Shown: positions 52,587 to 57,291 of the stretch, one piece after another | Position numbering within the stretch: position 1 is the first letter of the stretch | How the letters are laid out: the number at the start of each line of letters is the position of its first letter | Source of the DNA: Candidatus Uhrbacteria bacterium | GTDB lineage: Bacteria > Patescibacteriota > Patescibacteriia > JACQRZ01 | Length of the DNA stretch: 57,291 bases | NCBI GenBank assembly: GCA_016209345.1 | Contig: JACQWH010000029.1 | Span: 1 to 57,291 of the forward strand | Direction of reading: 5' to 3' | Translations under genes and position numbers: made by a program | Notes under the pieces: generated by a model | Databases searched by the model: none | What the model was told of the DNA's origin: nothing | The model's input: only the letters and a program-made list of their open reading frames with translations

Positions 52587-52798
52587 ATATGATTGCGCAA
52601 TGATGATCGAACCTTCTTTGCCGCGGACTCATCTGCTTTGTTCTGCAGTGCGGCAATATCCTGCATATATGTTTTCTTAAGCGCGCGAATATCCGCATCA
52701 TATGCTTTTGCGGCGTCTTTCAGTGCGTCTAATAATTGCCTTTCGGTCATGTGCCCGGTTTTCATAGAAAAATTGGTGATAATGTATGATAATGGCAA
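52583..52798 (-). CDS. Small coiled-coil protein (start uncertain)
   Basis: 71-aa ORF translationally coupled to the 484-aa gene. Alternative starts at 52765 or 52750. Confidence 0.45.
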   Translation of the reverse strand: MPLSYIITNFSMKTGHMTERQLLDALKDAAKAYDADIRALKKTYMQDIAALQNKADESAAKKVRSSLRNHI

Positions 52799-52799
52799 T

Positions 52800-52818
52800 A
52801 ATGGGGTCAGTCCCCATT
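52800..52818. repeat. 19-nt palindrome AATGGGGTCAGTCCCCATT resembling fused termini of the P1/P3 element
   Basis: The left half AATGGGGTCAG is identical to the P1 left end, and the right half CCCCATTT resembles the P1 right end. It overlaps the HepT-like stop codon. Confidence 0.5.
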
Positions 52819-53232
52819 TCGTTCAACCATGCGTTCTATGACGGCAACGTAATCTTGTATGTCTTCCTTTTCGCGTCCTATCATCCTCAGCATGAGTTCT
52901 CTATCAACTGTCTCATATCGATGTACGAGCCGATTGCGCAACCCAACAATTGGGGCGAGGCGCTCGGCTAATTTTTCTGACACTATATTGTTGTCCGCAA
53001 GTACCCGAAATGTTGATTGAAAATCATCGGGAACCGAGAATGCTAAGGCACTGATAAGATGATTATTCATATCAATGACCTCATCGACGATGAGCTGAAT
53101 CACACGTTCAACGGCATAGTAAAAAAAGATTTTTCGAGACATACCATCCGCCATTGCCAAAAGCTCAGTCAAATCATTATAATACCCTCTCACTCGTTCA
53201 ATGCGTCTTTGGAGAAAAATTTTATCGATCAT
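52807..53232 (-). CDS. hepT: HepT-like (DUF86/HEPN) RNase toxin
   Basis: R-x4-H HEPN motif in GLRNRLVHRY. 141 aa. 4-nt overlap with the upstream nucleotidyltransferase gene. Confidence 0.75.
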   Translation of the reverse strand: MIDKIFLQRRIERVRGYYNDLTELLAMADGMSRKIFFYYAVERVIQLIVDEVIDMNNHLISALAFSVPDDFQSTFRVLADNNIVSEKLAERLAPIVGLRNRLVHRYETVDRELMLRMIGREKEDIQDYVAVIERMVERNGD

Positions 53233-53633
53233 ATATTCTTGTCAAAAAAGCGCCTGACTGCGGCATCAGTCATCGCAAAAATAGGCGCTGCCTCTGAAAA
53301 CCTTTGTTTGGCATAGACAAAAAAATCCGTATACGCTGTCGGCTCTTCTTGATAGAGGACGTGATTATTCTTAATGACCTCCATGAGAAGAAGTGGTGGC
53401 GCTTTATACAAATTCGTAAAATCCGCCGTCATGCCAAATATATTGATAAACTCCGTCGCGAGGTATACTTCGTCGGTAAATGAAAGCGCCTTTTGAGGGA
53501 GGACACCGATATCAATATCGCTTTCACGATGCGTCCGTCCATGTACCTGTGAACCAAAAAGCAGCACGAGCTTCAGCCCATACTTCTCGGCTACTTCCGC
53601 GATCTTCTTTTCTTGTTTTTCTGTTATTTCCAT
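53229..53633 (-). CDS. mntA: MntA-like minimal nucleotidyltransferase antitoxin
   Basis: Has LFGSQVHGRTHRESDIDIGV, the GS-x(n)-DxD motif of minimal nucleotidyltransferases. Confidence 0.75.
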   Translation of the reverse strand: MEITEKQEKKIAEVAEKYGLKLVLLFGSQVHGRTHRESDIDIGVLPQKALSFTDEVYLATEFINIFGMTADFTNLYKAPPLLLMEVIKNNHVLYQEEPTAYTDFFVYAKQRFSEAAPIFAMTDAAVRRFFDKNI

Positions 53634-53749
53634 TGTTCTACTCTATCAAATGTATGTTCGTTCCGCAACGCTTTATACATCCCGCCATGTTTATTCCCGT
53701 GCGTAGTTGCTTTATCGAAGAAATCATACGGGGTGTGTATGAGTATTGC

Positions 53750-53911
53750 TTAGGGTTTGGAAACAAATAACCGCTCCAAGTTCGCTCATAGTTACGTCAG
53801 ATTTATGTTAAAAAATCTGAAGAATATAGTCATATTTTGAGGATTTTTTTACGTAAAGATGATGTGAATATGAGATGAGATTGGAGTGGTTATTTGTTTC
53901 CATGCCCTAAG
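53750..53911. repeat. Type-3 rod-like hairpin element, copy B
   Basis: Arms CTTAGGGTTTGGAAACAAATAACCGCTCCAA and TTGGAGTGGTTATTTGTTTCCATGCCCTAAG pair at about 28/31 positions. The interior is the reverse complement of copy A's interior (AAAAAATC.TCAAAATATG.C.ATATTCTTCAG). Confidence 0.6.
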
Positions 53912-54082
53912 ACGGTTCTGATTCAACGGGATTCCAGATATACTCTGGTTTGTTTGGTTGTAAGGATGATGCCAAATTTCTTAAATGATATTTTACCGTG
54001 CCGCCACAAGAAACGCAAATCAAGATGGGATTAATAACACAACTCTCGTGGGGTCAGACACCTTTTACTCTAAGCCGGGAGA

Positions 54083-54868
54083 TTACTGGTACCATTCTGC
54101 TGGCCGGGCAAATGCATGCAACCCATCGAATAGTGCTGCTAAAGATTCTGCAATGTTGCGGTGCGTAATGGTTACAACGAGATTCGTGTCAGGAAAAAGG
54201 AAAGCGATTTTATCGCCATAGATAAAAAGGAGCTGCTGAAAAGGAAGAATTTCCTTGGGAAGTGTCCGCATGCTCCAGTCACGCGCGGTAAGGACTTCGA
54301 AATTTCGTTTGCTGAGCATTTTTTTCGGAACTGAGATTGATTCTTCCGTAAAGATCGCTTTAGCGACAATATGCCGATCGGCGTTTTTTCGAAAAAATGC
54401 GCCTAACTCCTCTTCAGAAAGGAGAAGAAATTCGGCACCAATTGCTTTTTTCCCTTCAATGACCCGAAAAAGAGATCCTGGCTCTTGAGCGGACACCTCT
54501 TCGTAAATTTTATAAAAACCTTCCTTTGATTCTGTAATCTCTACAACAGGGGTTTGGCGCTCAATTTTTTCAAGCGACTCCAGACGCGGAACAATGCGTC
54601 TGAGGTCAGCGGCAACAGAGCTCATTGATGATGCCAAATCAGAGGGAGGCAGTGGAATAAATCGAAGCTTTTTTCCACGCCGCGTTTCTTTTAGTAGCCC
54701 CTTTCTGACCAAGTTTTTAATATGGAAGTAAGTTGCGGTTCTGTTTTTGCCGATTTTTTTTGCTATGTCAGAAGCCCCGGGATCGGCAAGCGAAAGCGCG
54801 GCAAGATAAATCGTGCTTTCAATTTCTGAAAAACCAAATTTCTGTAAAATTGTTTTTACGTGTTCCAT
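54083..54868 (-). CDS. TrmB-like transcriptional regulator
   Basis: The start was moved to MEHVKTILQKFGFSEIESTIYLAAL. N-terminal winged HTH (ASDIAKKIGKNRTATYFHIKNLVRKGLL) plus a C-terminal effector-like domain. Confidence 0.6.
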   Translation of the reverse strand: MEHVKTILQKFGFSEIESTIYLAALSLADPGASDIAKKIGKNRTATYFHIKNLVRKGLLKETRRGKKLRFIPLPPSDLASSMSSVAADLRRIVPRLESLEKIERQTPVVEITESKEGFYKIYEEVSAQEPGSLFRVIEGKKAIGAEFLLLSEEELGAFFRKNADRHIVAKAIFTEESISVPKKMLSKRNFEVLTARDWSMRTLPKEILPFQQLLFIYGDKIAFLFPDTNLVVTITHRNIAESLAALFDGLHAFARPAEWYQ

Positions 54869-54953
54869 GACACTATATTGAGACTGGTGAAAAACGGTTT
54901 TTACCGACCTATTGAGGGCTTTCATTGAATAAAAGCCCTTACAGATAACGCCT

Positions 54954-55009
54954 CTGGATCCCGCAACCATGTGCGGGATGAGTCTGTAGAACAAAATTCT
55001 ACAGACTCA
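54954..55009. repeat. Type-4 hairpin module, second copy
   Basis: CTGGATCCCGCAACCATGTGCGGGATG followed by GAGTCTGTAGAA-CAAAA-TTCTACAGACTC. Confidence 0.45.
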
Positions 55010-55038
55010 TATTAGCACATTGGAATATAAGGAAACCG

Positions 55039-56337
55039 CTATTGGGCAGATGAGGATGCCTGCGGAACCGCTGAGAGATTATCATTTGTGATGCCCAGCC
55101 CCCTTTTTCGCATAATGTCAAAGGCGTCGGAAGGCCGCCCGAGAAAATAGGCGGTCATAGTGGCGGGATCGATGTAATACGCCTCGCCATTTTGCTCAAC
55201 GTGGAGCACGATGGCACCGGCAAGCCGTTGTCCGAGCATGATATCTTTTACTTTCAGTTGCTTTTCACCGCTTGGCACAATCCCAAAGAGCCGTTTGAGG
55301 TCGTTGTTGCTTATGCCAATGCCCTGCTTTCGCATAACAGCGAAGGCATCTGCGGGCCGCCCCAAAAACGTGCGATCCCCGGTATTGGGATTGACATACC
55401 ACGCCTCGCCTGCCGACTGCACCTGGAGAAGAATTCTCCCTTTGAGGTGGGAAAGTTTTTTTGGGAGCGGTTGTTGTACGTGCTGCTGTTGTTCCCCGCG
55501 CGGTTGCACTTTTACCTCGTATCCAAGCGGCAGCTTCTCCCAGCCGGCAGGAATAGCGCAGGGCGTTGGAAATTCTTTTATCTCGCCTGTTGATTTATTC
55601 CGCGCTCGCGCAATAATTTGAATACAAAAGAGGGATTCTTTTTTTTCATCTGCAATCGCCTCCACCTTCTCCTCCTTTTTTATCTCATCCTCCGGATATA
55701 TAACGGCAGATGCGTCGCGTGGCACATCACACCATTGTGCGCGATATTCTTTTGTTTGAGTAACGCCCTCCTTCGTATACGTATCGCGTATCACGCATAT
55801 GTCTTTTTCTCTTGGATCCTTCACGTCAATAACAACTTGTTGGTATGGTATGAGCTTATTCCTGACCGAGTACGTGCCGGGACGCTGGAAGATATAGCTG
55901 TACACGGGTTCTTGACTTAAGGGGGCGGGTTCACTCATGCCAAAGTTTGCAAGCTTCCCGTCGGCGCTTTCGACAAGAAGCGACCGGCTACTCCTATTAA
56001 AAAAATACAACCTCGTACCTGCGAGCGTTTTCACAGTTTCTGTCTTGATCAATTCTGCGGCAGTGATGGTGTCGCTGTATGGTCGATAGGAAAATTTTTC
56101 AAACCCTTTCTCGTTATACGTGATATCGCGATTGCTATACGTTACGCGAATTGATGAAACACCGGCAACGATTTGGCTCCCGAACATCCCCGGGTTCGAG
56201 AGCGGCGGAATGTCGCGCAGATCTTCCGCGCGATTGGGAAGATTGATAGAGAAATCATTGTTATACGTATTCGGCTCCCCTGCCGCAAATACCGCGATTG
56301 GGAAAAATGCAATGATGCCAATAATGATTTTTTTCAT
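55039..56337 (-). CDS. Secreted protein with two C-terminal GRILLQ..GEAWY domains
   Basis: The start was moved to MKKIIIGIIAFFPIAVFA (signal peptide). Domain copies begin LKGRILLQVQSAGEAWYVNPNTG... and LAGAIVLHVEQNGEAYYIDPATM... Confidence 0.65.
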   Translation of the reverse strand: MKKIIIGIIAFFPIAVFAAGEPNTYNNDFSINLPNRAEDLRDIPPLSNPGMFGSQIVAGVSSIRVTYSNRDITYNEKGFEKFSYRPYSDTITAAELIKTETVKTLAGTRLYFFNRSSRSLLVESADGKLANFGMSEPAPLSQEPVYSYIFQRPGTYSVRNKLIPYQQVVIDVKDPREKDICVIRDTYTKEGVTQTKEYRAQWCDVPRDASAVIYPEDEIKKEEKVEAIADEKKESLFCIQIIARARNKSTGEIKEFPTPCAIPAGWEKLPLGYEVKVQPRGEQQQHVQQPLPKKLSHLKGRILLQVQSAGEAWYVNPNTGDRTFLGRPADAFAVMRKQGIGISNNDLKRLFGIVPSGEKQLKVKDIMLGQRLAGAIVLHVEQNGEAYYIDPATMTAYFLGRPSDAFDIMRKRGLGITNDNLSAVPQASSSAQ

Positions 56338-56715
56338 ATAGAGATTGTTAATAGTTATCGCCCGAAGGACGCGATTCTGCATTTTTGTTTGCAAACCTGC
56401 CCCTGATGGATAAAATTCGAACTTTTTTCAAGGAAAATCCTGACGCTGACTTCTGACTAGCACCGCGCCGTAGCTTTAGCGATGATTGCGCGAGCAAATA
56501 TCGCGTGAATACGAAAACATCACATACTGGCTTTCATCACCACAGACCCAGCTATCGCAACACTCTGTATTATATCTCGGTTTTTTGGATTTGCGCACAA
56601 TCCAGATGACGGGATGTTCTGATTTTTCTTGTTAGTTTTCTTTATTGTTTTTTGCATAGTGAAAATAAATTCTCTCAAAAGTGCATAGTTTAAACGAGGG
56701 AAATGCTCTTTCTTG

Positions 56716-57291
56716 TCATGCCATCAATAAGAAAAACCATAGAGGGATTGAGAGTCGGTTATCGCGATAGGTGAAGTCGTGGTCACGGGTAACAAGCGCG
56801 CTTTCCCGCAATCCCCATTTAGCACAGAGACGGTCAAGCGATTTGAGAGCGGGTACGTCGCGGCGCCATTTCACTTCAAGGGGCAAAAGAGAGTCGGCCT
56901 CTTTGACTATGAAATCAACTTCGTATCGGTCGGATTCGCGATAATACCATATCCCACTGTTGATCCGACCCGATAAGCGGCGCCGTACCGCGGATGCGAC
57001 AAGATTCTCCGCGTATATGCCCATTTCAGTAGTGTCATCGTAAATATCCATTCTACTCTTGAGCACTGCCGCGCGCACCGCGGAATCCATCGCGTAAAAT
57101 TTGACCTTACTCGCGCGCCTTTGCCGCAAAACCCTTTTTGTCTTCGTCCTTTCAACTGAAAAAATGAGAAATGTCTGTATGAGATACCGTAAGTATTTTT
57201 CCAGAATCGACGGAGATATGTTGATGTTCCGCGCCAATTTGCTAAACACTATTTCCTCACCGGCGCAATCAAGAATGCTGACATACAACGC
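56716..57291 (-). CDS. C-terminal part of an AAA+ ATPase with a DUF4143-type domain (5' end outside the window)
   Basis: KFYAMDSAV...GIYAENLVASAVRRRL...YEVDFIV...LPLEVKW matches the pattern of the COG1373-type ATPase C-terminal domain. The ORF is open to the window edge. Confidence 0.6.
   Translation of the reverse strand, partial: ALYVSILDCAGEEIVFSKLARNINISPSILEKYLRYLIQTFLIFSVERTKTKRVLRQRRASKVKFYAMDSAVRAAVLKSRMDIYDDTTEMGIYAENLVASAVRRRLSGRINSGIWYYRESDRYEVDFIVKEADSLLPLEVKWRRDVPALKSLDRLCAKWGLRESALVTRDHDFTYRDNRLSIPLWFFLLMA

Overview
57.3-kb window at roughly 50% GC by eye. It uses the standard genetic code: TAA, TAG and TGA all terminate clear genes. Gene content suggests a Candidate Phyla Radiation / Patescibacteria (Parcubacteria-like) genome: many secreted repeat-domain proteins, type IV pilus plus T4SS-like genes, and few metabolic genes. 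This taxon call is inference. Contents in order: pheT and pheS split by an AT-rich orphan gene; a type IV pilus assembly cluster (pilB, small membrane protein, pilO-like, pilN-like, pilM, 759-aa Cys/Trp-rich secreted protein); a ClpA/ClpC-type ATPase; a TolB-like propeller protein; two tandem T4SS-pilin-like/cell-wall-hydrolase fusion genes; an AbiEii-type toxin cassette inserted into the 5' end of radA; radA; three secreted proteins sharing an uncharacterised ~55-aa domain; a Memo-like/CapA fusion; a serpin remnant; recG; tRNA-Arg(GCG) and tRNA-Ser(GCT); a free-standing LAGLIDADG protein; a BASS-type transporter; murE-like; a HepT/MntA pair; a TrmB-like regulator. The largest feature is a ~16.7-kb co-directional minus-strand operon (36044..52798). 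It encodes a minimal T4SS-like machine: VirB6-like, PrgI/VirB3-like, and an apparently split VirB4 whose P-loop carries a 664-aa LAGLIDADG intein. It also holds several large unknown proteins and ends in comFC. Most unusual observations: (1) 52-55-nt palindromic elements inserted in frame in radA (twice) and recG (once), with two copies 100% identical; (2) four-helix-bundle (23S rRNA IVS-protein family) gene cassettes flanked by inverted tandem repeats inside the T4SS-like operon; (3) short tandem repeats at gene junctions that close every reading frame, with the same motifs reused as coding linkers in an 820-aa protein; (4) at least four families of MITE-like hairpin repeats; (5) a toxin cassette bounded by 32-nt direct repeats that duplicates the radA 5' end. 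All homology calls were made by eye from the translations; no database search was run.
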